A stretch of DNA of 58,814 nucleotides from IMG/VR virus record IMGVR_UViG_3300044679_000035, positions 1-58,814 of that record; one strand, given 5' to 3'. Below the pieces are notes generated by a model. It did not search any database. It worked only from the letters and a program-made list of their open reading frames with translations, and was not told where the DNA came from. Positions 36,455 to 47,030 of this stretch are shown here, in pieces. The position numbers were made by a program, and so were the translations under genes. This stretch comes from a virus (taxonomy: Duplodnaviria > Caudoviricetes). Positions within the stretch are counted from its first letter, which is position 1, and every line of letters starts with the position of its first letter.

Positions 36455-39400
36455 GTGCCACCGGCAAGCTACCCACAGCGGACGAATTTTTCGGGTCCGG
36501 ACCGTCCGGCACCCTGCCAACCGTCGACCAATTTTTTGCCCCTCCAAAGCCAACCTTGGCGCAGGGCGCCATGTCTGCGCTCGCGGTCGCCGGCAGCGAA
36601 ATGGAGGGGCTTCCGCACGCCGAAGCTTCCGCCGACATGGACGATTTTATTAAAAATACTCCCGTCGGGCATGTTCTGGACGCCTTCGGGCAGGGCTTTC
36701 GTCAGCAATGGGGAACCGATGCTGGAACGTTTCCAGAGGAGGTGTCGGACTGGCTCAAAAAGGCTGGCCTCTTCCACGATTATGAGAAGCGTCGAACCGG
36801 GCTCATCAATAGCTTCAACGAGGGAATCATCCGGGCCACCTACGGGCTCGCCGATATGGCGAACCGCGCCATCGGCGGTGTCGTCGGTGGCGCCGAACAG
36901 GCCGCCTACCAGACCGGCATCGAGACGGGGCAGCCCCAACTTGGGCATGAAGCCGCCGCGGGCATCGAATACGCGACGCAGCGCGGCGATATCCTGGCCC
37001 GATCAATTCCGGAGACGACATATCTGGGCGGCCAGATCGCCAAAGCGCGCGGGCTGGCCGTCATCGGGGAAGGCGAGGGCGGATTCTTCGGCACCAAAGA
37101 GCCGACGCCGGAGACCGCAGCGGCGCGCGCCGAAGCCGTCAAGGCCGAAACCGAGCATGCGGCGGCGCAAGCAAAGGAGACCTGGCAGCCAGAACCAGGT
37201 GCCCAGGGCCAAGCCGAAACGCCGGCGCAGCGGGCGCCGCAAGCGCCCCCAGAGCCAACGCTCGACGACATCGCGCGCCAGATCGCACCGCAAGCCTTCC
37301 AGCAACGCGATGCGCTCGCCGTTCGGGAGCAGACCTATCGGCGATGGCTCCGCGAACTCGGCGATGCTCGCGCGCAGCTTCCGGAAGTGCAGGAACTCCA
37401 AGGCCGCATCGGGACCATTCTGGACAAGGTGAACGGCGTCGAGGATCGCCTGACCGGGAAGGCGGCGCAGCGGTTGAGCGATGCCCGCGACCGTCTCGAT
37501 GAAATCTTCCGCACCGACACCGGCGACATGGCCCACGTCCGCGCCAATTTGATGGAAGCCACGCACGGACTCTGGGATGTGGCGCCGCGGATCCGCGCGG
37601 CCTACGAGGAAGCGCAGCGCCGCTTGCCGCCGGCACCTGAAAATGTTTCTGTGGAACAGAATGTTGCACGCGCCGAAACGTCGCCGGAAGCACAACCCGC
37701 CACCCCTGCGCAGCCGCCAGAACAAGCGGCCGCTGGGCAAAACGTGCAGCCGGTGCTCGCTGCAGGCCCCGAGTCCGGGGCAGCGGTATTGCCTGGATTG
37801 CCACGCGGAGGCGCAGCGGGCTTACCGCTGCCGCCAGCGGCTGCTGAAGGAATGGCTGCGGCGCAAGGTGAAGGAACTGGAGCGCCGATTGGAGCAGAGA
37901 AACTTGGCGATTTAGGCGGTGCACAGCCGCCAGCCGTCCCAGCACAGCCACAACCAAGCATCGCCACCGATGTAGCCCGAAAACTCGTTTTCGCCGGACG
38001 CCCGCAGGAAGAAGCCGACGCGGCGGGCGCGCTGCTACAGGCCCATTATGAGGCCCGTGCGGCGCGCTTCAATGGCGCTCTCGGGACAGCCGATCAAATC
38101 TATGCCCGCGAAGGCCCCGCGATCCGTCGTGGGCGCGGACTGGGGCCGGTGCCGGCACCGCAGCCGGGCCAAACTGCTGCGGCTCCGGCACCGAAACCTG
38201 CCGACCCCACAAAGGCACCTTCGGAACTGGAATCGCTGGACCCCGCACAGATCAAGGTCGATCCGGGGCGCTTCCAGTTCAAAGCCGATACCGGCGAGCG
38301 CGGTATCTCGGAACGGCTTCAGGGCGTCGAGCAATGGGATCCCAGACTTGCCGGCACCGCGCTGGTCTGGCGCGACGCCACCGGACAGGACTGGATCGCC
38401 GACGGTCACCAGCGGTTAGGGCTCGCGCAGCGGCTCACGGAAGCCGGACAGCCAGGAATCCGCCTCAATGCCTTTGTTTTGAATGCCGCCGAAGGGGTCA
38501 GCGACGCAGACGCGCGCGGGATCGCAGCGGCCAAGAATATCGCGGAAGGCACCGGGACCGCTATCGATGCCGCCAAGGTGATCCGCGAGGCCAAGGCGAA
38601 GGGGATCGAATTGCCGCCGATGCCGCCGCGATCCGCTTTGGTCCGCGATGGTCGGGCGCTGGCGCGGCTGTCACCGGAAGCGTTCGGCATGGCCGTCAAC
38701 GATGTCGTCCCCACCAATCAGGCCGCCATCGTGGGGCGCCTTGTCGATGATCCTTTGGCGCAGACCGAGGCCATGCGGGTGCTCGCCAAGACGAAGCCGG
38801 AGAACGCGCGCCAGGCCGAAATGATCGTCCGCGACATGCTGGCATCCGGCGTCGAGGAAATGACGAAGCAGGGCGGATTGTTCGGGGAAGAGCATTTCGC
38901 CGCCTCGACCGTCATGGAGCGCGCCAAGATCGCCGACGAAGCGATGCGCCAACTCAAACGCGACAAGGCGACATTCAAGGTTCTCGTGGATGAGGCCGCG
39001 CGCATCGAAGGCCACGGCCAAAATGTGCTTGACGTTGAAGCCAACAAGGGACGATTGACCACCGATGAGCAAGCGGCACAGTTCCTCACCCAGCTCGCAA
39101 CCCGCAAAGGTGAAGTCAGCGACGGCCTCACCGCCATCGCCAAACGACTCAAATCCGGCGACGTCACGGCCGCAGCCGGAGCCCGGGAGTTTCTCGGGAT
39201 TGTCCGGACCGCAGCTGAAAAAGGCTTGGCAGCAGGGCCAGACCTTGGCCGCGCTGAGTCTGGGCCAGAGCGAGACATCGAACTCTTCCAATCCGGATTA
39301 AAACAGACCGAACTCCCGGGGCTCGCCGACGAGACGGCCGCCGAACGGAAGGCGCGCCTCGGCCGCCAACTGATCGAGGAAAGCAGGCAGTTGCCGCGCG

Positions 39401-42400
39401 CCGTTTCGCGCAAGGCGCAGAAGCCGCTCGAAGAGGGATTGTTCGCGCCGCCGCCGGAGCGGACGCTGTTTCAAGGTGGCGGCGAGCAACCGACATTTTA
39501 TTCCGCGCTGACGCGATCCGTCGAAGGACTGAAACTCGAAAAGGCTCCCGCCGATCAGTGGCTCAACACGATCCGCAATATTCCCGGCGTCAAGAAAGAA
39601 GAACTCGAATGGAGCGGCGTCGAGGACTGGCTCAAAGAGCAGAAAGGTCCCGTCACCCGTGCGGCGGTTACTGATTATCTCCACGAGAATGAAGTGCACG
39701 TGCAGGAAGTGCAGAAGGGCGGACCGCATGGCGCGACCGACGATGAACAGGGCGCGCTCGAAGTCGCCATGACCAATGCCGTCAACAAAGGCATCGTCGA
39801 TAATGGCGCATCGGCAAAATTCTATGACGACATCGTTCGTGGAGATTCGCAGGCCATTGGCGATGCGGAGGCAATCGGCATCCCCGATAGCGTACTCGCG
39901 CCATTCCGAGATCGTGAACGGGCACCCACAAAGTTTGGTCCCGGATCAGGTCCGGGCGCACCGCTCCCCGGCGGCGCCAACTACCGGGAACTGCTGCTGA
40001 CGCTGCCAGAGAATCCGGAAGTCAGAAGAGCCGGAGATGCAGCCGCAGACTCCGCAAAACGCATGCGCGAAAAGTACGGCGAGCGATGGGCCATGACGGC
40101 GCCTGCTGACGAAGTGCTTGCCCATGGTGGCTTGGAAGAGCGGCGCCAGGCATTGTCGAAGCAAAACGAGTTCCGCGCTTCGCATTGGGCCGAACCGAAT
40201 GTCCTCGCGCATGTCCGCTTCGATGATCGCACCGGACCCAACGGCGAGAAGGTTCTGCACGTCGCGGAGATACAGAGCGACTGGCATCAGAAGGGGAGAA
40301 AGCAGGGATATGAGCAAGCTGCAGGACCGGAGTATTACCTCAGAATGCCAGATGGAGAAATCGGCCAGGATTTCGCTTCGCGCGAGGAAGGGGAGGCGTT
40401 TATTCGTGATCATCCCGGCGCTGGCATCCTCGACAGGCAATCGCCAAATACAACTGGCGTCCCCAACGCTCCCTTCAAAACTTCATGGCCCGAACTCGCG
40501 ATGAAACGCATGATCCGCTACGCCGCCGAGAACGGCTATGATCGGATTTCGTGGGATACCGGCGACACCAACGCCGAACGGTACGACCTTAGCAAACAAA
40601 TAAATGAGATTCATTATCTCAAGCGTCCTGACGGCCGCTATGACATCGTTCCGATAAAGAACGGGCACGTCTTTGAAGGTTTGCGTCACGACGCAGTGCC
40701 AGAAGAAAAATTGCCCGATATTCTTGGGAAGGATGTAGCCAAAAGAATTGCCGATGGTGCCGGTGACGATCTCGCGCGCGGGTACAAAAAATTGACTGGC
40801 GATAATCTCAAGGTCGGCGGCGAAGGAATGCGCGCATTCTACGACAAGCACCTTCCGATCATAGCAAACAAGCTCGGCAAGAAATTCGGCGCGAAGGTCG
40901 AGGAATCGCGCTTGGGAATGCCAGACGATAAGACCGTGCAGAACGAAGGAACCGCCGCAACGCGCGCCGCCCTGGGCATAGACACGGTTCATTCCCTCCC
41001 GATCACCGACACCATGCGCGACTCCGTCATGGAGGGCCAGCCGCTCTTCCAAGGCAAACGCGGTGCCATCGCATTCCGTGATGCCCGCGCCACGATCCGC
41101 TTCATGCGCGATGCCGACTCGTCCACGTTCCTGCACGAGACTGCGCATCAATGGCTCGAAGAACTGATCCGTGATTCCCGCGACCGGCGCGCGCCGCCGG
41201 ATGTCGGGGCCGATGTCGGAACCGTTCGTGACTGGTATAATAACGTCAAGCGAAACACGGAGCCGGAATGGAAGGCCGATGGGGCGGTTCCAGATGAGGC
41301 CCATGAACTCTGGGCGCGCGGCTTCGAGCGTTACTACCGCGAGGGTGCGGCACCATCGCAGCGGCTCGCAACCATCTTCGCGAAATTCAAGGCGTGGCTG
41401 ACGAAAATCTACAAGACGGCGGAAGAACTGCACGCGCCGATCAATGACGAAATCCGCGCCGTCTACAGCCGCCTTCTCAGCACGCCGGAGGAACGCGCCG
41501 CCATCGCGCCGGAGCGTCCCGCGCCCCCGACATTGGCCGACATGCACGAGGAAGACGCGGCCCTGACGCCGGCGCAACATGCCGGAACGATGGCCGATGT
41601 CATCCGCAGCGAAATCGACAACAGGGCAAAGGATGTCGCCCCGGAGGTCCACAATGAACTCCCCGGAAAAGCAGAAACTGGACGAATCCAGCGAGAGAAC
41701 CCGCCTCTTCCAGGTGGCGGCGATGAGGCCGGGCCAATCCCCGGAGAAAATGCTGGCGCTGGCGGAACTGGAGCGGAGCCAAAGGGCGGAAACCCGATTG
41801 CGGCAGAAGGCGCTCGCCCACGCGGAGGAGCAGGCGGCGCAGGAACCAAACCCCCAAGCGGACCAAACGCCGCTTTCGAGCGACCAGAGTCAGACCTGAT
41901 CGACAAGGCCGGAAATATCCGCGTCGATAATCTGAACACGACGGCGGATGTCGATCGCCTCATCCATGATGTCGCCGACGAGAATGGCGGCTTTGCGGGC
42001 GTCCGAATCCCGATGTCCGACTCGCAGGCGCTCGATCTCGCCGACGCGATGGGGCTGCGGCCGGAGGACCTGAATGGCACCCAACTCGCCAATTTCACCC
42101 GTGCGCACGCCTTTGCGGTCCGCAAGCTTTTTGTCAGCGTCGCCACAGAAACCAACAGGGCAGCCGCCAAGGCGGCGGCCGGAGGCGACGCCGACGTGCT
42201 GGCCTATGCTGCGGCGCGCTCCCGGATGCGGATGGCGCAGGAACATCTCTCGGCGCTGACCTATGCGGCTGGCTCCGTGCTGCGCGGATTCCAGAAGCTC
42301 CCCGGCACTGCAGAGGCCAAGGGGCTCGCGCAAATGATGGGCGACCTTTCGGAACAGCGCAGCCTGTTCCAGTTGAAGCAGGAAGCCAAGCGCGTGGCCC

Positions 42401-44262
42401 GGCTGGACACGCCGGCGAAGGTGTCCAAGTACCTGCGCGACCAGGATACGCCCGGTCTCGGCGAGATGGGGCTCGAGCTTTTCATCAACAATCTGATCTC
42501 GGGGCCGATCACCCACGCGACCTATGCCGTCGGCAACACGATGCTGGCGCTATGGAAGGCTGTACCGGAAACGGCCGCAGAAGCCCTGATTGGCATGGGG
42601 CGCGAGGCATTGGGCGCGCCCCCGGGCCAGCGCGCCTACATGGGCGAGGTCGGCGCGCAGCTCTACGCGATGTTCGGCAAGGGCCAGCGTGACGGCTTCC
42701 GTGCGGCGTGGGACGCCTTGAAGTCTGGGCAGACCACGGCACTCCCCGGCGAAGTCTTGGACGCCTCGAATGATCTCTTTTCGACGACGACGACGCGACC
42801 GACGACACCGTTCACATCATCGAAGGCAATCCCGAACTTTGAAATCGGCGGCGTTCCGGTGCCGGTGGGCTCCATCGTCCGGGCGCCTGGCGAGCGCATG
42901 GTGGCACCGATCCATTCCTATTATCGCACCGTCGGCTACGTGCAGGCCGTGGCACGGGAAGCCTACCGCCAGGCCATGAATGAGGGGCTAACCGGTGACG
43001 CCTTCTCTGCTCGCGTCGCCGATCTCTCCGCCAGCCCGTCATCGGCCACGATGGACCTTGCCCGCCACGAAGCGACCGACCAGACCATGATGGGACAGGG
43101 CGGCGAATTGATGCGGCGGCTTTCCTGGCTGCTCAGTTATCCTGTTCCGTTTCCGCGCCCGATCGGGCCGACCAGACTGCTCCGCTTCATCGACCCCTTC
43201 GTGCAGGTCTTCGGTTCGATCATGCGGGAGACCGTCATCAAGCGCGGGCTGCCGGGATTGCTCAGCGACGACATGCGGGGCCGTAACGGTCCGCTGGCGC
43301 AGAACAGGGCCGGCGCCCGCGTCGCGGTGGGCGTCAGTCTTTCCGTCGTGGGCGCCGGGCTTGCCGCCGAAGGCGTCCTGAACTCATCGGCACCGTCCGA
43401 TCCTCGGGCACGCGGCCTCTGGACGCTGGTCAACGGAATGCCGCACAGCATCCGCGTCGGCGATCTCACCTTCGATCTGAGCCGCCTTGGCGTGCTCGGC
43501 ATGCATCTCGGCATCGCGGCCGATCTCTACAATGTCGCTGATACCGCGGCGCACGGCGACATGGTCCATGCCGGAAGCCTTTTGGTTCATTCCATCGCGC
43601 AGAATTTCCTCGACGAAGGCTTCGCGGAAGGCATCTCGGAAATGCTCAAGGCTGTCGATGATAACGACCGCTACGGGCAGGCATGGGTCCGCAATTTCGT
43701 CAAATCCTTCGTGCCCTATGCGGTCGGGCTGTCCCAAAGCGCGCGCATGATCGATCCCTATGCGCGGGAGGCCCGCACCGTCACGGACAGCATCCTGGCC
43801 GGAATTCCGTTCGCGTCGGAATCCCTTGAGCCCCGCCGCGACATCTGGGGCGAGCCGATCCAGAACCGGAACTGGGCGCTGGTCTATTCGCAGCGCATCC
43901 AAGATGACCCCGTAAACCGCGAACTTTTGGGACTCGGCGTCTTCCCGGCGCAGCCACAGCGCAAAATTCGCGGTGTCGCGATCACCGATGCCCAATATGA
44001 CGATCTTTCCCGCATCGGCGGCCGCTATGCCAAGGCACTTCTGGACAACGATGTCCGGACGCCGGGATGGAGCTCAATCCCGGCAGAGCACCGCATCGAG
44101 ATCATCAAAAAGGACATCGAAACCGCCCGGGAATCGGCACGCACCACGATCATGATGAGCCATTACGCAACGGCGCCGCCGGGGCAGAGCATCATTGATC
44201 GCGCGTACGCGCTCAAACTTCATCCTCTACAGAATGCGGTTGGTCCCGGCACCGCTCCATGA
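36451..44262 (+). CDS. giant polyvalent internal virion protein (2603 aa)
   Basis: ParB-like 'WIADGHQR', polyvalent-protein motifs 'PGGANYRELL', 'EIQSDWHQKGR', zincin-like 'FLHETAH...HELWARGFE'; helical C-terminal region. Confidence 0.8.
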   Translation: MSATGKLPTADEFFGSGPSGTLPTVDQFFAPPKPTLAQGAMSALAVAGSEMEGLPHAEASADMDDFIKNTPVGHVLDAFGQGFRQQWGTDAGTFPEEVSDWLKKAGLFHDYEKRRTGLINSFNEGIIRATYGLADMANRAIGGVVGGAEQAAYQTGIETGQPQLGHEAAAGIEYATQRGDILARSIPETTYLGGQIAKARGLAVIGEGEGGFFGTKEPTPETAAARAEAVKAETEHAAAQAKETWQPEPGAQGQAETPAQRAPQAPPEPTLDDIARQIAPQAFQQRDALAVREQTYRRWLRELGDARAQLPEVQELQGRIGTILDKVNGVEDRLTGKAAQRLSDARDRLDEIFRTDTGDMAHVRANLMEATHGLWDVAPRIRAAYEEAQRRLPPAPENVSVEQNVARAETSPEAQPATPAQPPEQAAAGQNVQPVLAAGPESGAAVLPGLPRGGAAGLPLPPAAAEGMAAAQGEGTGAPIGAEKLGDLGGAQPPAVPAQPQPSIATDVARKLVFAGRPQEEADAAGALLQAHYEARAARFNGALGTADQIYAREGPAIRRGRGLGPVPAPQPGQTAAAPAPKPADPTKAPSELESLDPAQIKVDPGRFQFKADTGERGISERLQGVEQWDPRLAGTALVWRDATGQDWIADGHQRLGLAQRLTEAGQPGIRLNAFVLNAAEGVSDADARGIAAAKNIAEGTGTAIDAAKVIREAKAKGIELPPMPPRSALVRDGRALARLSPEAFGMAVNDVVPTNQAAIVGRLVDDPLAQTEAMRVLAKTKPENARQAEMIVRDMLASGVEEMTKQGGLFGEEHFAASTVMERAKIADEAMRQLKRDKATFKVLVDEAARIEGHGQNVLDVEANKGRLTTDEQAAQFLTQLATRKGEVSDGLTAIAKRLKSGDVTAAAGAREFLGIVRTAAEKGLAAGPDLGRAESGPERDIELFQSGLKQTELPGLADETAAERKARLGRQLIEESRQLPRAVSRKAQKPLEEGLFAPPPERTLFQGGGEQPTFYSALTRSVEGLKLEKAPADQWLNTIRNIPGVKKEELEWSGVEDWLKEQKGPVTRAAVTDYLHENEVHVQEVQKGGPHGATDDEQGALEVAMTNAVNKGIVDNGASAKFYDDIVRGDSQAIGDAEAIGIPDSVLAPFRDRERAPTKFGPGSGPGAPLPGGANYRELLLTLPENPEVRRAGDAAADSAKRMREKYGERWAMTAPADEVLAHGGLEERRQALSKQNEFRASHWAEPNVLAHVRFDDRTGPNGEKVLHVAEIQSDWHQKGRKQGYEQAAGPEYYLRMPDGEIGQDFASREEGEAFIRDHPGAGILDRQSPNTTGVPNAPFKTSWPELAMKRMIRYAAENGYDRISWDTGDTNAERYDLSKQINEIHYLKRPDGRYDIVPIKNGHVFEGLRHDAVPEEKLPDILGKDVAKRIADGAGDDLARGYKKLTGDNLKVGGEGMRAFYDKHLPIIANKLGKKFGAKVEESRLGMPDDKTVQNEGTAATRAALGIDTVHSLPITDTMRDSVMEGQPLFQGKRGAIAFRDARATIRFMRDADSSTFLHETAHQWLEELIRDSRDRRAPPDVGADVGTVRDWYNNVKRNTEPEWKADGAVPDEAHELWARGFERYYREGAAPSQRLATIFAKFKAWLTKIYKTAEELHAPINDEIRAVYSRLLSTPEERAAIAPERPAPPTLADMHEEDAALTPAQHAGTMADVIRSEIDNRAKDVAPEVHNELPGKAETGRIQRENPPLPGGGDEAGPIPGENAGAGGTGAEPKGGNPIAAEGARPRGGAGGAGTKPPSGPNAAFERPESDLIDKAGNIRVDNLNTTADVDRLIHDVADENGGFAGVRIPMSDSQALDLADAMGLRPEDLNGTQLANFTRAHAFAVRKLFVSVATETNRAAAKAAAGGDADVLAYAAARSRMRMAQEHLSALTYAAGSVLRGFQKLPGTAEAKGLAQMMGDLSEQRSLFQLKQEAKRVARLDTPAKVSKYLRDQDTPGLGEMGLELFINNLISGPITHATYAVGNTMLALWKAVPETAAEALIGMGREALGAPPGQRAYMGEVGAQLYAMFGKGQRDGFRAAWDALKSGQTTALPGEVLDASNDLFSTTTTRPTTPFTSSKAIPNFEIGGVPVPVGSIVRAPGERMVAPIHSYYRTVGYVQAVAREAYRQAMNEGLTGDAFSARVADLSASPSSATMDLARHEATDQTMMGQGGELMRRLSWLLSYPVPFPRPIGPTRLLRFIDPFVQVFGSIMRETVIKRGLPGLLSDDMRGRNGPLAQNRAGARVAVGVSLSVVGAGLAAEGVLNSSAPSDPRARGLWTLVNGMPHSIRVGDLTFDLSRLGVLGMHLGIAADLYNVADTAAHGDMVHAGSLLVHSIAQNFLDEGFAEGISEMLKAVDDNDRYGQAWVRNFVKSFVPYAVGLSQSARMIDPYAREARTVTDSILAGIPFASESLEPRRDIWGEPIQNRNWALVYSQRIQDDPVNRELLGLGVFPAQPQRKIRGVAITDAQYDDLSRIGGRYAKALLDNDVRTPGWSSIPAEHRIEIIKKDIETARESARTTIMMSHYATAPPGQSIIDRAYALKLHPLQNAVGPGTAP

Positions 44263-44304
44263 TATTGCGATTCCGTCTCGAATCGGGGAGCAGCATCCTT
44301 GACC

Positions 44305-44439
44305 ATGGCACGGCCCCCGCGGAAAGCGGTGAAACCCCCTCCGCACAAGCCACAGAAGCGAACCGTCGCCCGCAAACCGCTCGATAAGACGAAGCGGGCG
44401 CGGCACGGGCTATTCGTCGTCCAGGAGTCCAAAAAATGA
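44305..44439 (+). CDS. 44-aa basic peptide
   Basis: Read from sequence (MARPPRKAVKP...QESKK); ATGA overlap with next gene. Confidence 0.4.
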   Translation: MARPPRKAVKPPPHKPQKRTVARKPLDKTKRARHGLFVVQESKK

Positions 44440-45536
44440 GATTGAGCCGCGCTGCAGCCCTGCTCGCCGTCATCGGCATCATCATCGGTACCGGCACTCC
44501 CTGCGGGGCGCAGGTTCCGGGCGGCGGACTTTACCCGTTCGGGGCCATCACGCCGGGCGACTGCGCGGAATGGTATGGGCCTTGGCAGTTGGAGGACGCT
44601 GGCGGGGCCTGCGGCGGCAGCGGAGGTGGAAATGCCAATTTTGGCACGGCAACCGGCAATACCGCCAACGATGTCGTCACGATGTCGAACACGACAGTCG
44701 GCGTGAAGGACTCCGGCATCGCGGGCGCATCGCTTGGAACCTTTGCGACTGCAACCGGCAATACCGCCAACGATGCTGTCTGCATGTCGAATACGACGGT
44801 TGGCGTGAAGGATTGCGGTTCGGCGCTTGGAACCGCAGCTGCACAGAGTATAGGAACTTCTGGCAGTACGCTTTGCCTGCTGAACGCGAATTGCACGTTT
44901 GGCGGTACGGATAATTTCACAGGTACATTCGAGATAGGCGGCACTGCGCAGACCTTCCCCGGCAGCGGGCTCATCGCAGGCACCACGGATACGCAAACGC
45001 TCACAAATAAATCCATTGCCGGAAGTGAGATCAATTCCGGCGTGGTAGGGCAATCATACGGAGGGGCCGGGACTATAACAGGCGCCTTGAAAGGCAACGG
45101 CTCCGGCACTGTATCGCAGGCCGCGTGCGCCGATCTTTCAAACGCCGCGTCCGGATGCTCATCGACGAATGGGCCAATCGCCGCCGTCGAGTACGTCATC
45201 GATGGTGGTGGCTCTGCGATCACCACGGGGGTCAAGGGCTTCATTGAAGTTCCGTTTGCCTGCACGATCAACCGCGTGACGTTGATCGCTGACCAGACAG
45301 GTTCCATCGTGGTTGACATCTGGTCGAAGGCATATGCCTCGAACTCGCCGCCGACCGTGACAAACACGATCACGGCCTCCGATCTCCCCACGCTTTCCAG
45401 CGCGCAGACCTATCAGGATTCGACACTCACGGGCTGGACCACATCCATCGCGGCGGGGAACATCATCGGGTACAACGTCAACAGCGCCACGACCGTTACC
45501 CGCGTGACGGTTTCAATGAAATGCACCAAATCATGA
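44436..45536 (+). CDS. signal-peptide-bearing tail fibre-like protein
   Basis: Hydrophobic N-terminus ...CGA|Q; 'TDTQTLTNKSI', 'GGAG...TGALKGNG' fibre motifs; C-terminal 'IDGGGSAITTG.KG' domain. Confidence 0.7.
   Translation: MRLSRAAALLAVIGIIIGTGTPCGAQVPGGGLYPFGAITPGDCAEWYGPWQLEDAGGACGGSGGGNANFGTATGNTANDVVTMSNTTVGVKDSGIAGASLGTFATATGNTANDAVCMSNTTVGVKDCGSALGTAAAQSIGTSGSTLCLLNANCTFGGTDNFTGTFEIGGTAQTFPGSGLIAGTTDTQTLTNKSIAGSEINSGVVGQSYGGAGTITGALKGNGSGTVSQAACADLSNAASGCSSTNGPIAAVEYVIDGGGSAITTGVKGFIEVPFACTINRVTLIADQTGSIVVDIWSKAYASNSPPTVTNTITASDLPTLSSAQTYQDSTLTGWTTSIAAGNIIGYNVNSATTVTRVTVSMKCTKS
44640..44819 (+). repeat. intragenic duplication, 102-bp period
   Basis: F(G/A)TATGNTAND(V/A)V(T/C)MSNTTVGVKD(S/C)G twice. 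Confidence 0.8.
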
Positions 45537-46291
45537 TGAGGCAGATAGCTTTTGCTCTTGCGTGCATTCTGTGCTTCGGACAAGAGGCGCAAGCATCATT
45601 GAGCATCACTGCCCTTGGGAAAGCACAAGGGGCCACCAGCGGCAGCAAGTTGATAATTACAACAGGAGCCGACTGCCCTGTTGGAAGTCTGATTGTAATT
45701 TTCACTGCTACGGCTGCCGTAACCAGCGATCTGTCGTCCGTGACGGATGAGGTAAGCAACTCTTATGCCACGCTGGACCCGCAGACCAATGCGGCGGGGG
45801 TCATATCGCTGCAATGGGCCGATGCCGCGCACACCACATCGGATTTGCCGAACGGCGATACGATTAGCGTGACTTTTACTACGAACATCGTACAGGAATT
45901 GGTCGCGGCCGTCTGCATCACCGGGGCAGCTACGTCGCCGCTTGATATTTCCGGAAAGACGGCAAACGGGGGAGCCACGGGAGCGACAACGGCACTGACA
46001 GTATCGTCCGGCACGCTTTCGACTGCCAATGAAGTAATCCTTGTAGGAACAGCACTCGGGGGCAATTCAGGGACTTTTTCTTGTTCGGGCAGCTGGACGA
46101 AAGAGGAGACCCAATCAACAGGGGGAAGCCCGACAGGTACTCTGGGCGGTCAGATCGTCTCTTCAACATCGTCCGTGTCGTCCACAGCGTGCAATACATG
46201 GGCGACGAGTCAGACATATATAGTAGACATGACTACGTGGAAAGCCGCGCCCCCGCAGACACCTCGGAACCAAGCGGTAATCTTGCAATAG
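45533..46291 (+). CDS. signal-peptide-bearing Thr/Ser-rich protein (fibre partner)
   Basis: MMRQIAFALACILCFGQEAQA|S; visibly more AT-rich than flanks. Confidence 0.65.
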   Translation: MMRQIAFALACILCFGQEAQASLSITALGKAQGATSGSKLIITTGADCPVGSLIVIFTATAAVTSDLSSVTDEVSNSYATLDPQTNAAGVISLQWADAAHTTSDLPNGDTISVTFTTNIVQELVAAVCITGAATSPLDISGKTANGGATGATTALTVSSGTLSTANEVILVGTALGGNSGTFSCSGSWTKEETQSTGGSPTGTLGGQIVSSTSSVSSTACNTWATSQTYIVDMTTWKAAPPQTPRNQAVILQ

Positions 46292-46300
46292 GAGACTAAC

Positions 46301-46480
46301 ATGGAAAAGACTCAAATCTATTCGTGGAACGATCTCAAGGCGTTCATCGACACGCTGCACGAGGGCGTCCGGAACACGCAGGTACAGGCAACCCTCAGCG
46401 GCAGCGGGGAGCAGCTGTACGCCGTGACGGGTGCGGCGCTTGTCGATGGCGGCGCGCCGGCGATTCAGGTGAACAGTTGA
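46301..46480 (+). CDS. 59-aa hypothetical protein
   Basis: AGGAG RBS; MEKTQIYSWNDLKAFIDTL... Confidence 0.6.
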   Translation: MEKTQIYSWNDLKAFIDTLHEGVRNTQVQATLSGSGEQLYAVTGAALVDGGAPAIQVNS

Positions 46481-46481
46481 C

Positions 46482-46949
46482 GTGTACGACGCCGCACAGC
46501 TTCTGTCGGATGTGAAAGCCGCAGAAATTCTCCGCGACAAGAACGGAGATTTCTGCGGTCTCGCCTATGACGACGCGACCGGCAAGCTCATCAAGCCCGG
46601 CATGCTGGTCAAGGGCCACGTCACCGCAGGATACGGGATTGCGCTCGATGTGGACCCCCTCACCGAGCCAGAGGCGTCATTCCTGCTGACAAATCGCCTC
46701 CAAGCCCATGCGGCGGCTACGCTGGCGAAAATGCCGTGGGTCGGCAATTTGTCGGACGCGCGGCAGCGGGCCGTGATCGAACTGTCCTTCAATCTCGGCG
46801 ACGGGGGGCTGCAGGCTTTCGACACGTTCCTGAGCCTCCTTCGCCAAGGTCAATTCGATGCCGCGGCGGACGATCTGGCCGGCACGAAATGGGCAAAGCA
46901 GACAAAGGACAGGGCGGCGCGCATCGTCGCGCAGATCCGCAACGGGTGA
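46482..46949 (+). CDS. endolysin, T4-lysozyme-like (GH24)
   Basis: 'YDDATG...TAGYG', 'RQRAVIELSFNLG', 'AAADDL..TKWAKQT..RA.R'. Confidence 0.85.
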   Translation: MYDAAQLLSDVKAAEILRDKNGDFCGLAYDDATGKLIKPGMLVKGHVTAGYGIALDVDPLTEPEASFLLTNRLQAHAAATLAKMPWVGNLSDARQRAVIELSFNLGDGGLQAFDTFLSLLRQGQFDAAADDLAGTKWAKQTKDRAARIVAQIRNG

Positions 46950-47030
46950 GATGCTCGGCGTCCCGATCGGTGCTATGAACGTTTCCTGATTCGGCGCACC
47001 ATCCGGCGCGACCCCACGAAAGGATTTCCC

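Noticed and set aside
44640-44819. Duplicated fibre segment as a DGR template/variable repeat pair (BPP-1 relatives carry DGRs)
   Set aside because: Both copies are in-frame in one gene, differences are not adenine-specific, and no reverse transcriptase was seen
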